A DNA stretch of 55,603 bases from Sterolibacterium sp. GTDB lineage: Bacteria; Pseudomonadota; Gammaproteobacteria; Burkholderiales; Rhodocyclaceae. Every line of letters starts with the position of its first letter. Position 1 is the stretch's first letter. The stretch is taken from the NCBI GenBank assembly GCA_041665185.1, contig JBAYJH010000001.1, positions 1-55,603 on the forward strand, given 5' to 3'. A program made the translations under genes and the position numbers. Below are positions 26,025 through 35,403 of this stretch, piece by piece. The notes under the pieces were generated by a model. The model worked only from the letters and a program-made list of their open reading frames with translations, was not told the DNA's origin and ran no database searches.

Positions 26025-26459
26025 TCAGTGGTGTCCGCAGGACCCGCCCTGGTGCGCCGGGCCTGGAGCAGTCGAGGCACTGCTGTCGACATCGCGGCTG
26101 GCACCGGCGGTTTCGAGGCGAGAGAGATATTCCTGCCAAAGTTGGTCCTGATGCTCGCCGAGGTTGTACAACAGGTCCCAGGAATAAAGGCCGGTGTCGT
26201 GGCCATCGGAAAAGCTCAGTTTGACCGCATAGTTGCCGACCGGTTCGATACTCAGGATATCCACATTGCGCTTGCCGGTTTGCAACACCTCCTGGCCAGG
26301 GCCATGGCCGCGGACTTCCGCCGACGGACTGAAAACCCTCAACAGTTCGTGGCTGAGTTTGAAGGTCTTGTTGTCGGCGAAAGCGATTTCAAGCAAGCGT
26401 GATTTCTGATGGAGCTTGATCTCGGTGGGTGCCGGGGTATGCTTGTCGAGGCCTGCCAT
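26025..26459 (-). CDS. DUF971 family protein (gamma-butyrobetaine hydroxylase-like N-terminal domain)
   Basis: 144 aa. Its stop lies 2 nt upstream of the ubiE start. Sequence resembles the DUF971 gene found upstream of ubiE in related genomes. Confidence 0.6.
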   Translation of the reverse strand: MAGLDKHTPAPTEIKLHQKSRLLEIAFADNKTFKLSHELLRVFSPSAEVRGHGPGQEVLQTGKRNVDILSIEPVGNYAVKLSFSDGHDTGLYSWDLLYNLGEHQDQLWQEYLSRLETAGASRDVDSSASTAPGPAHQGGSCGHH

Positions 26460-26536
26460 GTTGAAGTGCCTGAGTGAACGAGAGCGGATTATCATAACGC
26501 AGAACCCGATTCCGGGTGATCTTTCTCACCGGGTAT

Positions 26537-26558
26537 TTGTCATCAAACTGTCATCTCA
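26537..26558 (+). promoter_or_regulatory. Candidate Pho box
   Basis: TTGTCATcaaaCTGTCATctca: two TGTCAT repeats with 11-bp periodicity. TACACT lies 10 nt downstream, about 30 nt before the phoB ATG. Confidence 0.5.
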
Positions 26559-26599
26559 CGGCAATACACTGGGGCGACCGAATCGAAGAGTATTGCGCC

Positions 26600-27301
26600 A
26601 TGGCTGCCAGCATTCTGATTGTTGAAGACGAGCCAGCTATTCAGGCATTGATCCTGGCAAGCCTGAAGCGCGCCGGCCATGCCGCGGTGGCTGCCGGTGA
26701 CGCAGAATCCGCGTTGCAGCAGATAAACTCGACCCTGCCCGATCTGGTGTTGCTCGACTGGATGTTGCCGGGCATGAGCGGGATCGATCTTGCGCGCTTG
26801 TTGCGAAGCGAAGAGCGAACCCGGCGTGTGCCGATTATCATGCTCACCGCAAAGGGCGACGAGCGCGACAAGATACTCGGCCTTGAAACCGGGGCCGACG
26901 ACTACATCACCAAGCCGTTTTCCCCGCGCGAACTGATGGCCCGCATCAAGGCCGTGCTGCGACGCGGAGCGCCCCAGGCGACTGAAGATCCGGTTCAAAC
27001 CGGTAATCTAATTCTTGATCCGGCGACACATCGAATTAGTGCCGGGGACAAGCCGGTCATCCTCGGCCCGACCGAGTTTCGCTTGCTGCATTTTCTGATG
27101 ACGCATGCGGAAAGAGTGCATAGCCGCACCCAACTGCTGGATCAGGTATGGGGCGACCATGTCTTTGTGGAGGAGCGAACCGTCGATGTGCATATCCGCC
27201 GCCTGCGCGCCGCTCTTGAGATCAGCGGGCACGATACCTTGATTCAGACCGTGCGTGGCAGCGGCTATCGTTTTTCGGCGCTTCCTGCTCCGCCGGGCTG
27301 A
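26600..27301 (+). CDS. phoB: Phosphate regulon response regulator PhoB (OmpR family)
   Basis: 233 aa, near-colinear with E. coli PhoB (ILIVEDEPAI, DLVLLDWMLPG, GADDYITKPFSPREL, TVDVHIRRLR, TVRGSGYRFS). Confidence 0.88.
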   Translation: MAASILIVEDEPAIQALILASLKRAGHAAVAAGDAESALQQINSTLPDLVLLDWMLPGMSGIDLARLLRSEERTRRVPIIMLTAKGDERDKILGLETGADDYITKPFSPRELMARIKAVLRRGAPQATEDPVQTGNLILDPATHRISAGDKPVILGPTEFRLLHFLMTHAERVHSRTQLLDQVWGDHVFVEERTVDVHIRRLRAALEISGHDTLIQTVRGSGYRFSALPAPPG

Positions 27302-27321
27302 GGCCGCCGCCGTGAGCGGCG

Positions 27322-28971
27322 TCATAGCCCAACGAAAGTAGCCCGCTCAAAATCTGCTCCGCGCCCGACCAGGCGGTCAAGGCGGACTTGGCGTGTCTCT
27401 TCGGTTTGCGTCTTGACGGCGAGTATCCGGTTGGCGGCGAACCAGCCCGCGGGAAGCAGCATGCTGGCCGCTTCTCCCAGTTGATCCACATCCGGCAGGA
27501 ACAGGCACCGGCTGTATTGGACATGGGCCGGTCCAGGATCCACCCTACGCATGCCGGCGCCCTCCGGCCGACCGGGGAATAGATCTATCCTGGCGACAAG
27601 CGCATCCCGGCTGGCGCTCATGGCGATCCAGACCAACTTCCCGAGCATGAAGCCTTCGCCATCATGAATTCGGACGGCGACCAATTGTTCCCTGGCCATG
27701 GGTTTGCCCGGAGGACTCAAAGGACGTTCGAGACGCAGAGCGGCGGCATGCTGATCGATGATCCGCCATTCCTCGAGCTTGAGATCCGGCGGTTCGCCGT
27801 TTCCTTCAGCAAAATACGTGGTGGTGCGGCCGAAAGTGGCGATCTCCTCATGTTGGCGATTCTTCAGATAGATCGAACCATCCTGCTTCAGGGTGATCTG
27901 GCCGGTCAGTTGATAATGAATTGCTTCGAAACCGCTGACCACGTGACAGTTGGGTTTGCCGTGCTGGGTCGAGCGTACCTTGGCGGCGTCTTCCTTGAGC
28001 CCGCCTTTGCACCAGCATCGATAAATCCGCTTCAACAAGGCCTCGCAGCCAGGCTGTTCGCAATCTTTGCCGAGTTGCAGCGCCTGGGGAGATTCCCCTT
28101 GCGCCAACAGCACCAGACGCTTCTTGATGCTCTTGCGCAACTCCGAGAGATCCAGCCAGCGCAACACATCGCTTTGCGCCGGGTGTTGCTGGAATGTGGC
28201 GGCTTGATCGGAACTCAGATCCACACACAGCGGCGGCGTTCTTTGGTCGGCCGGAGTCCGGTTCAGGACAGTCACCTTATTCGCCCAGCGTTGCGCCCAA
28301 TCCACCACCAGGTGTCGCTGTTTGGGGCCAAGCTCGATCGGCGCAGACGCTGCCAGCAACAACACCACGACATAGGCGGACGCGGCGGTCGACTTGTAGC
28401 GAGAGTCGTCCTCAATAGGCAACTGACTTGCCTTCATGGCTTCTGCGGCGGCGAAAATCATGTGCAACTGCCGCCAGAAGGTGGGTGCGGTCAGGAAGTT
28501 TGCCTGGCAAGCATCGAAGTAGATCGCCGACATTGCCTTCAATGCACGGGTTGCCGCGAGTGACGCCATCTGGTGCGGTGACAGCACTGCGCCGGCCGCC
28601 GGCCCAGCCGCTGCGTCTAGACAGTGCAGATAGCCGGTGACGAGTTCCTGCCAGAGTGCCTGGCTGGAATCGAACGCCGCCTGTTCCGTAACGTTGAAAG
28701 GTAGGGGGCGTCCGGCATAGCGCAGCAAACATTGCTCTTGCACGAAGGCGATCGGTTCCTCCAGCAATTCAAGTACTCGCAAGCGCCGGTCGGTGCGCAA
28801 GGGGTAGCGATTGAGAAGATTCAATTGCAGCGTCAGCCGCGTCTGTGCCAGCGTGATGTTGGTCAGCGGCAACCCGGCCAGCCACACGCGGCAAGAGTCT
28901 TCGTCGGCAAATTCCGGCAATGTTTCGGTAGAGAACGGCGGTAGACCGAAGTCCAAGCCCGCAAGACTCAT
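27322..28971 (-). CDS. Hypothetical protein, 549 aa, function unknown
   Basis: Longest ORF in the region and protein-like in composition. ATGA overlap with the upstream HIT gene. The C-terminal part weakly resembles a degenerate PilZ-type barrel, but no confident motif is present. Confidence 0.6.
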   Translation of the reverse strand: MSLAGLDFGLPPFSTETLPEFADEDSCRVWLAGLPLTNITLAQTRLTLQLNLLNRYPLRTDRRLRVLELLEEPIAFVQEQCLLRYAGRPLPFNVTEQAAFDSSQALWQELVTGYLHCLDAAAGPAAGAVLSPHQMASLAATRALKAMSAIYFDACQANFLTAPTFWRQLHMIFAAAEAMKASQLPIEDDSRYKSTAASAYVVVLLLAASAPIELGPKQRHLVVDWAQRWANKVTVLNRTPADQRTPPLCVDLSSDQAATFQQHPAQSDVLRWLDLSELRKSIKKRLVLLAQGESPQALQLGKDCEQPGCEALLKRIYRCWCKGGLKEDAAKVRSTQHGKPNCHVVSGFEAIHYQLTGQITLKQDGSIYLKNRQHEEIATFGRTTTYFAEGNGEPPDLKLEEWRIIDQHAAALRLERPLSPPGKPMAREQLVAVRIHDGEGFMLGKLVWIAMSASRDALVARIDLFPGRPEGAGMRRVDPGPAHVQYSRCLFLPDVDQLGEAASMLLPAGWFAANRILAVKTQTEETRQVRLDRLVGRGADFERATFVGL

Positions 28972-29429
28972 ACATTTTCTCCTGATGCTTCGGACATCGC
29001 CCGGGAGATCGCCTGGTGCAATGCAGGATTGTCGACGACAGGCCCGGCTGCCGCGCGATTTCCGCGCGGCCTCTCGCCGGACCAGATCGGCGACGGGAAA
29101 TGAGGATCGTCCAGGAATCGCGGAATCACATGCCAGTGCAAGTGCGGCACAAGGTTGCCGAGACTCGCCAGATTGATTTTGTCAGGGGCGTAAAGCCGGC
29201 GCAATGCCGACTCGGTAGCGAAAACCAGCGTCATCAGCCGATGCCGCTCCGAGGTATCGAGATCGGTCATTTCGCGCACATGGTCGCGCCAGATGATCCG
29301 GCAGTAGCCGGGATAATCATTCCCTTCTGCGCCACCAACGCGGACCACGCGACATAACCCATCCTGCCACAGGATATCGCCTCCGGGTCCCTGGCACAGC
29401 GCGCAATGCGGGTCTAAAATGATCGACAT
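28968..29429 (-). CDS. HIT family (histidine triad) protein
   Basis: 153 aa from ATG 29429 after GGAGG. Histidine triad HLHWHVIPR. Confidence 0.85.
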   Translation of the reverse strand: MSIILDPHCALCQGPGGDILWQDGLCRVVRVGGAEGNDYPGYCRIIWRDHVREMTDLDTSERHRLMTLVFATESALRRLYAPDKINLASLGNLVPHLHWHVIPRFLDDPHFPSPIWSGERPRGNRAAAGPVVDNPALHQAISRAMSEASGENV

Positions 29430-29615
29430 CCTCCGAAGTAGCGAATACTCGATCAGGGTAGACCTGATCGTGCCAGGCGAGAAAGGAAAAAATTCACACC
29501 GGGCAGACTGGATCATGGCCGCCGCACTGGGGCGTGGCAGCGGGCAATCATCCCACAGTTGGGGCAATCCGGGGTGGTTGGGTCGAGAGGGATGGGTGCC
29601 CGGGGGCGGGTAAGC

Positions 29616-30047
29616 TTATGCCCTTACGGCATCGGGACCGGATTGGCGCGACACGAACTCGCCGAACCGCATGTCGTTGGTTAGTATGTGGTCACCCAAC
29701 CAGCTACAGAGAAAGTCATAAACATCGACTGGGGTCATTTGTCCGGTTTTTTCCATCTGTGTTTCGAAGCTCTTGATTCTTGAAATCAGCTCGGCGTGAA
29801 TTGCCCGGTGATCCTCCAGATTTGGGTAAGCGGAGTCTGCCATCAACACTTCTTCGTGCGCAAAATGTGCTTCCGTGCACTCGATGAGTTCGTCAATAGC
29901 GGAGCGAATCTCGTGCATCGGGACGATGACGTCGAGTGCCAGGCTGTCGTAGATGTGGCTCGCAAGCTCGAACAGCTTCTGGTGTTCCAGATCAACTTGC
30001 TCGACGCCCACCCGATATCTGGAACCAAATACCAGCCGGTCTTCCAT
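29616..30047 (-). CDS. Bacteriohemerythrin
   Basis: 143 aa with the hemerythrin ligand pattern: H in DLEHQKLF, HFAHEE, HRAIHAE, and DHILTND. Confidence 0.88.
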   Translation of the reverse strand: MEDRLVFGSRYRVGVEQVDLEHQKLFELASHIYDSLALDVIVPMHEIRSAIDELIECTEAHFAHEEVLMADSAYPNLEDHRAIHAELISRIKSFETQMEKTGQMTPVDVYDFLCSWLGDHILTNDMRFGEFVSRQSGPDAVRA

Positions 30048-30293
30048 GGCACCCCTCGTTTCCCGAAATACAAATTGGATTGTGAATTGACCCGCCCATC
30101 CTAGATCAACGAGCCTTGTGAATATTGATATGCGTCAAGCAAGCGCCAGCCCGGAACACGACCGGTAGTGTCTGCCGATATTTTGACAAATTGAGAAGGT
30201 GCGGTGGCCCAGACTCTGATACTCTTCCGGGTTGACTTGGGCGATGCCCCGCCTCGCTGCTTTTGTCCTGGAATTGGTGCTCATCGACAGCTA

Positions 30294-33200
30294 ATGAAAT
30301 ACATGAATTCGACGGGAACGTCCGCTTTGAACAGCGCGATGGACGAGTTATCCCGGATCCGGTTTTTCCCCGATCGGTTCTTCGACCGGGCGACGCTTGA
30401 GCGTGGCTTGGCCTATGCGGAAAGGGGTCGCGGCGTTGTCACCAAGACCATCGCCGGCACCGATACATTGCGCATACTCGGCACCTGCCGCGGCAGCTAT
30501 CGGACCGAATACAAGCAGGATGTAAAGCTCAGCCTGGCCGATGGCGTGGTCCAGCGAGTGTCTGGTTCCTGTAGCTGTCCGGTCGGGGATAACTGCAAGC
30601 ATGTCGTTGCGCTATTGCATGCCTGGAGATCGGAAATCAACCAATCCCATGCCGGCAACGACAGCGGGCACGGCCGCCAGGAACCGACGCCCGAAGCGCT
30701 GGCGTGGTTGCACACCCTGGAGCAAAGCACCGAACCGCCGGCGAATACCGGCGACCAGTGCATCCTCTATGTGCTGTCGCTGCCGGATTTTCATCTCAAG
30801 CTGTTCAAGGCGCGTTTGTTGAAGCATGGCGGATATGGCCGTCCTGAAGCCATCCGCCCGGATTTTCACCGCCTGACCTGGGGAAATGTGCCGACCTACT
30901 ATCAGCCCGACGACCTGCCGATCCTGCGCCTGTTTCTGGCGTTTCAGAAAACCATCATGTTTTCGATCGAAGAGTCCCTGGTCTTGCGTGGTGAAGAGGG
31001 TGCCCAGTTGTTGCGCATGACTCTGAGGACGGGACGATTGCATCTCGGTGAGGTCACGCAGCCCGCACTGGGCACGGGTGCGACGCTCACTGCGGCACTG
31101 GCCTGGCAGCGCGACGAACAGGGGCGCCAGAGACTGGTTCTGGATACCGATGGAAACCTGAGTTTGCTGCCGACCCAGCCGCTTTGGTACTTGGATAGCG
31201 CGCGCCACCTGGCAGGAGAATTGCGTCTGGACCTGCCTGAAGACATGGCGGCCCAGCTCCTTGCCGCGCCCCCGCTGGACGACCTCGACGCCTTGCTGGT
31301 GCGCGATCGTTTGCGCGAACTTGGCGCGTCGCGCGGCTTGTCGCTGCCTTTGCCCGAAGCGGCCATTCCCGAAGAAAATGCCGGCAAGCCGGCCGCGGTG
31401 GTGCGCCTGCAAGCCGGGCGCTTTCGCCATACCGCCGCCTTCAGCCTGACCGATGAGCTGGCAGTGGCCACGCTGTGGTTTGAGTATCCCGGCCTGCCGC
31501 GCGTTTCCGGCGCGGAGACGCCGCCCCCGTTGCTGCATGGACAACGCGCCGGCCGCTCGGTCATGCTGCTGCGCGATGTGGCGAGCGAACGCGGTGTCTG
31601 GCAACGGCTACAGGCGCAAGGCATGGAGAGCTATCGGCGGCGCTTTCCGAACTATCTGCGCGTCGATGCGGTGGGTGATTGCTTGTTCACGGCGCGCCAG
31701 GATGTCGATAGCTGGGTGAAGTTCCTCGATGAAAGCGTACCGGTGCTGGAGGCGGCGGGAATACGCGTCGAGATCGCCGAAGATTTTCCATTCCATCTCG
31801 CCGAAGCCGATGATTGGTTCATCGAAGTTCTGGAAGATGAAGTCGAAGGCAACGGCGACTGGTTCGATCTCGATCTCGGCGTGGTGATCGACGGCCTGCG
31901 TACCAGCCTGGTGGAACCGCTGGCGCGCCTGATTGCGGCGCGGCCGAAGATCCTGGATGAGTTGCGTCCTCTCGGCGACGATGAGCGGGTTCCCTTGGCG
32001 CTGGACGAGCGGCGCGTCTTGCCGGTTCCGGTGCAACGCCTGCGGGCCTGGCTCGGGCCGCTGCTCGAATTTGCCGGCGACCAGGAGCGTCCCCGCCTGT
32101 CGCGACTCAATGCCGGCGCCCTGGCCGACCTCGAAAGGCTGCCGGGTCACTGGCTGGGTGGCGAGCGACTGCGCGAGATGGGTCGTCGCCTGCGGGATTT
32201 TTCCGGCATTGCCGAGGCTCTGCCCGCGCCCGGCTTCAAGGCGACGCTGCGCCCTTACCAGCAGACCGGTCTCAACTGGCTGCAATTTCTGCGTAGTTAC
32301 GGGCTCGCCGGCATCCTCGCCGACGACATGGGCCTGGGCAAGACAGTGCAGACCCTGGCCCACCTGCATCTGGAAAAATCCAGCGGGCGGGCCGACCGTC
32401 CGAGCCTGGTGATCTTGCCGACCAGCCTGATCACCAACTGGCGCAGCGAGGCGCAGCAGTTCGCCCCTGACCTGAAGATGCTGACGCTGCACGGACCGGA
32501 GCGCGCCGCGCGCTTCCACGAGATGGCCGGCGCGGATGTCATCCTCACCACCTACCCGCTGCTGGTGCGCGACCAGCAGGCCTTGCTGGCGCAGGACTAC
32601 CACCTGCTGATACTCGACGAGGCGCAGTTCGTCAAGAATCCCAAGGCACAGTCGCACCGCGTGGCGCGCCAGCTCAAGGCACGGCATCGCCTGTCGCTGA
32701 CCGGCACGCCGCTGGAAAATCATCTGGGCGAACTGTGGGCGCAATATCATTTCCTGTTGCCGGGTTTGCTCGGCGATGTGCGCCGCTTCGCCACCACGTT
32801 TCGCACTCCCATCGAAAAACAGGGCGACAACGAACGCCGTCAACAGTTGGCGGAACGCGTGCGGCCGTTCCTGCTGCGGCGAACCAAGGAGCAAGTGCTC
32901 ACCGAGTTGCCGCCCAAGACCGAGATCATCCGCTGGGTGGAACTGGCGGGCAGTCAGCGCGACCTGTACGAATCGTTGCGCCTGGCTTTCGACAAGAAGC
33001 TGCGCCAGGTGCTGGCCTCGAGAGGCGTGGCGCAGAGTCAAATCATGATCCTCGATGCCCTGCTTAAGCTCAGGCAGGCTTGTTGCGATCCGCGCCTGGT
33101 GAAGCTGCACGGGGCAGGCCATGCGACGAGGCAGCACGAATCGGCCAAGCTCGACCTGCTGCTGGAAATGCTCACGGAACTGCTGGCCGAAGGGCGCCAC

Positions 33201-33659
33201 GTGCTGTTGTTCTCGCAGTTCACCAGCATGCTGGCTCTGATCGAGGAAGAGCTTGCCCGCCGCGGTATCGACTACCTGAAGTTGACCGGGCAGACCAAGG
33301 ACCGGGACACGCCGATCCGCCGCTTCCAGGCCGGCGAGGTGCCGCTGTTCTTGGTCAGCCTAAAGGCCGGTGGAACGGGCCTGAACCTGACCGCCGCCGA
33401 CACCGTGATCCATTACGATCCGTGGTGGAATCCGGCGGTGGAAGAACAGGCGACGGCGCGCACCCATCGCATCGGCCAGGACAAGGCGGTATTCGTGTAT
33501 AAATTGTTGACCCAGGGAACGGTGGAAGAGAAGATTCTGGCCTTGCAGGATCGCAAACGCGGCCTTGCCGACAATCTGCTTGCGGGTGTCGGTACGCAGC
33601 AGCATCTGATCACCGCGACCGACCTCGACGTGCTGTTCCAGCCGATATCATCGACATGA
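30294..33659 (+). CDS. SNF2-family helicase with N-terminal SWIM zinc finger
   Basis: SWIM CSCPVGDNCKH. SNF2 motifs LADDMGLGKT, DEAQFVKN and LTGTPLEN. Helicase-C motifs GGTGLNLTAADTVIHYDPWWNP and QATARTHRIGQ. The start is uncertain: 30204 (GTG), 30294 or 30303. Confidence 0.88.
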   Translation: MKYMNSTGTSALNSAMDELSRIRFFPDRFFDRATLERGLAYAERGRGVVTKTIAGTDTLRILGTCRGSYRTEYKQDVKLSLADGVVQRVSGSCSCPVGDNCKHVVALLHAWRSEINQSHAGNDSGHGRQEPTPEALAWLHTLEQSTEPPANTGDQCILYVLSLPDFHLKLFKARLLKHGGYGRPEAIRPDFHRLTWGNVPTYYQPDDLPILRLFLAFQKTIMFSIEESLVLRGEEGAQLLRMTLRTGRLHLGEVTQPALGTGATLTAALAWQRDEQGRQRLVLDTDGNLSLLPTQPLWYLDSARHLAGELRLDLPEDMAAQLLAAPPLDDLDALLVRDRLRELGASRGLSLPLPEAAIPEENAGKPAAVVRLQAGRFRHTAAFSLTDELAVATLWFEYPGLPRVSGAETPPPLLHGQRAGRSVMLLRDVASERGVWQRLQAQGMESYRRRFPNYLRVDAVGDCLFTARQDVDSWVKFLDESVPVLEAAGIRVEIAEDFPFHLAEADDWFIEVLEDEVEGNGDWFDLDLGVVIDGLRTSLVEPLARLIAARPKILDELRPLGDDERVPLALDERRVLPVPVQRLRAWLGPLLEFAGDQERPRLSRLNAGALADLERLPGHWLGGERLREMGRRLRDFSGIAEALPAPGFKATLRPYQQTGLNWLQFLRSYGLAGILADDMGLGKTVQTLAHLHLEKSSGRADRPSLVILPTSLITNWRSEAQQFAPDLKMLTLHGPERAARFHEMAGADVILTTYPLLVRDQQALLAQDYHLLILDEAQFVKNPKAQSHRVARQLKARHRLSLTGTPLENHLGELWAQYHFLLPGLLGDVRRFATTFRTPIEKQGDNERRQQLAERVRPFLLRRTKEQVLTELPPKTEIIRWVELAGSQRDLYESLRLAFDKKLRQVLASRGVAQSQIMILDALLKLRQACCDPRLVKLHGAGHATRQHESAKLDLLLEMLTELLAEGRHVLLFSQFTSMLALIEEELARRGIDYLKLTGQTKDRDTPIRRFQAGEVPLFLVSLKAGGTGLNLTAADTVIHYDPWWNPAVEEQATARTHRIGQDKAVFVYKLLTQGTVEEKILALQDRKRGLADNLLAGVGTQQHLITATDLDVLFQPISST

Positions 33660-33678
33660 ATCGACAAGCCGTGAAATC

Positions 33679-34620
33679 ATGACTCTGACCGATCTGCGCT
33701 ACATCGTCACTCTCGCTCGCGAGCGCCATTTCGGGCGCGCCGCCGAAAAGTGCTTCGTGGCCCAGCCGACGCTGTCGGTGGCGGTGAAGAAATTGGAGGA
33801 CGAACTCGGCGTGGTGTTGTTCGAGCGTGGCGCGGAAGTCAGCGTCACCCCCATCGGCGCGCAGATCGTCGCCCAGGCCGAGCGCGTCCTCGCCGAAGCT
33901 GCCCGCGTGGCCGAGGTTGCCGCCCAGGGCAAGGATCCCCTGTCCGGCGCGTTGCGCATTGGCGTCATTTACACCATTGCGCCCTACCTGTTGCCCAATC
34001 TGGTGCCGCTGCTGCGCGAGCGCGCGCCGCGCATGCCGCTGATCATCAAGGAGGGTTTCACCGAAGGCCTGGTCGACGAAGTCAAGGCCGGCGAACTGGA
34101 TGTCATCGTCATCGCCCTGCCGCTGGCGGAATCCGGCCTGGTATCCCAGGCGGTGTACGACGAGGCGTTTCGCGCCCTGGTGCCGGCGCAGCATCCCTGG
34201 GCGAAGCTGAAGGCCATCGAACCGGCCTGGCTACTGGCCGAGCCCTTGCTGATGCTGGGCGCGGGCAACTGCTTCCGCGACCAGGTGCTGGACCTCTGCG
34301 CCCAGACCAGCGCCCCGAAGGAAGTGCCCTTGGGGTACGCCCCCGGCACGCCGCAAATCCTCGAGGGCAGCTCGCTCGAAACCATCCGCTACATGGTCGC
34401 GTCCGGCATCGGCGTCAGCGTCATGCCCTCGTCCTGCGCCGATCCGATCCCGAAGAACGACAAGCTGTTGCGCGTGCGGCCCTTCATCGATCCGACGCCG
34501 ACGCGGCGCATTGGCCTGGTGTGGCGTTCCAGTTTCCCGCGCCATCAAGCGGTCGATCTGCTGCGGCTCGCCTTGCTCGACTGCCGTCTACCGGGGACCA
34601 AACCGGTCAAGAAGCGATAG
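33679..34620 (+). CDS. oxyR: LysR-family peroxide-sensing regulator OxyR
   Basis: 313 aa with an N-terminal LysR HTH. Redox cysteine pair with OxyR spacing (GNCFRDQVLDLC, C-x8-C, as C199/C208 in E. coli). Confidence 0.8.
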   Translation: MTLTDLRYIVTLARERHFGRAAEKCFVAQPTLSVAVKKLEDELGVVLFERGAEVSVTPIGAQIVAQAERVLAEAARVAEVAAQGKDPLSGALRIGVIYTIAPYLLPNLVPLLRERAPRMPLIIKEGFTEGLVDEVKAGELDVIVIALPLAESGLVSQAVYDEAFRALVPAQHPWAKLKAIEPAWLLAEPLLMLGAGNCFRDQVLDLCAQTSAPKEVPLGYAPGTPQILEGSSLETIRYMVASGIGVSVMPSSCADPIPKNDKLLRVRPFIDPTPTRRIGLVWRSSFPRHQAVDLLRLALLDCRLPGTKPVKKR

Positions 34621-34653
34621 CCTTTGACTATTCTAACGATATCGACAATTCAT
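34617..34653. promoter_or_regulatory. Candidate OxyR binding site
   Basis: ATAG-n7-CTAT-n7-ATAT-n7-TCAT: four tetranucleotide elements at 11-bp spacing, 84-120 nt upstream of the rubrerythrin start. Confidence 0.45.
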
Positions 34654-34736
34654 TGGATCAATCGATCGGGTTTCCCTAGACTGCGCAGCGTCAACCGCTT
34701 GCGCGGTTCGTTCAACAGAGTTCAAGGAGACCCGAC

Positions 34737-35213
34737 ATGACCAAGCCAGAAGCATCCGTAACCATCAAGAACCTCGAATCCGCCTTTGCCGGCGAATCGA
34801 TGGCGCACATCAAGTACCGCTATTTCGCCCGACTCTGCCGCGCCGCCGGCGACGAGCAGACCGCCAAGACTTTTGAGGAAACCGCCGACCAGGAGGTCCA
34901 GCATGCCTGGGGCCACCTCGACCTGCTCTATCCGGCCGCGACGATGACGCCGGCCCGGTGCCTGCAAATGGCCATCGAAGGCGAGACCTACGAGTTCACC
35001 GAGATGTATCCGTCTTTCCGCCACGCCGCGGAGGAAGAAGGCCATAGCGCCGCGGTCACGGAGATCGACCAGCAGATCGCCGAGTCGAAGGAACACGCCG
35101 CCCGCTTCGCCGAGACTCTCGCCAAGGCCGCCAAGCGCTTCGCCGCCCTGGCCCGCGTCGAGGAACGGCATGCCAGCCACTATCGCGCCCAGCTCGATAA
35201 AATTTCCGTCTAA
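34737..35213 (+). CDS. Rubrerythrin-family ferritin-like diiron protein, with no rubredoxin domain
   Basis: 158 aa with two E...ExxH half-motifs (GESMAHIKY...EVQHAWGH; EGETYEF...EERHASH). Confidence 0.8.
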   Translation: MTKPEASVTIKNLESAFAGESMAHIKYRYFARLCRAAGDEQTAKTFEETADQEVQHAWGHLDLLYPAATMTPARCLQMAIEGETYEFTEMYPSFRHAAEEEGHSAAVTEIDQQIAESKEHAARFAETLAKAAKRFAALARVEERHASHYRAQLDKISV

Positions 35214-35235
35214 CAAACCACGATAGGAATCGAAC

Positions 35236-35400
35236 ATGAAACAGTATCTATGCATCGTTTGCGGTTACATCTACGACGAAGCTCTAGGCGACCCCGAACA
35301 CGGCATCGCTGCCGGCACCAAGTGGGAGGACATTCCGGCCGATTGGTGCTGCCCGGATTGCGGCGTGGCCAAGGCCGATTTCGAGATGATGGCGATCTAA
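35236..35400 (+). CDS. Rubredoxin
   Basis: 54-aa ORF absent from the ORF track because it is under 60 aa: [54 protein letters not shown], with CxxCG and CPxCG motifs. Confidence 0.9.
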   Translation: MKQYLCIVCGYIYDEALGDPEHGIAAGTKWEDIPADWCCPDCGVAKADFEMMAI

Positions 35401-35403
35401 GCC

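Noticed and set aside
27302-27321. Short GC hairpin (cgccg/tgag/cggcg) between the convergent phoB and 549-aa genes as a bidirectional terminator.
   Set aside because: The stem is 5 bp with no flanking T-tracts on either strand, which is too weak to call.
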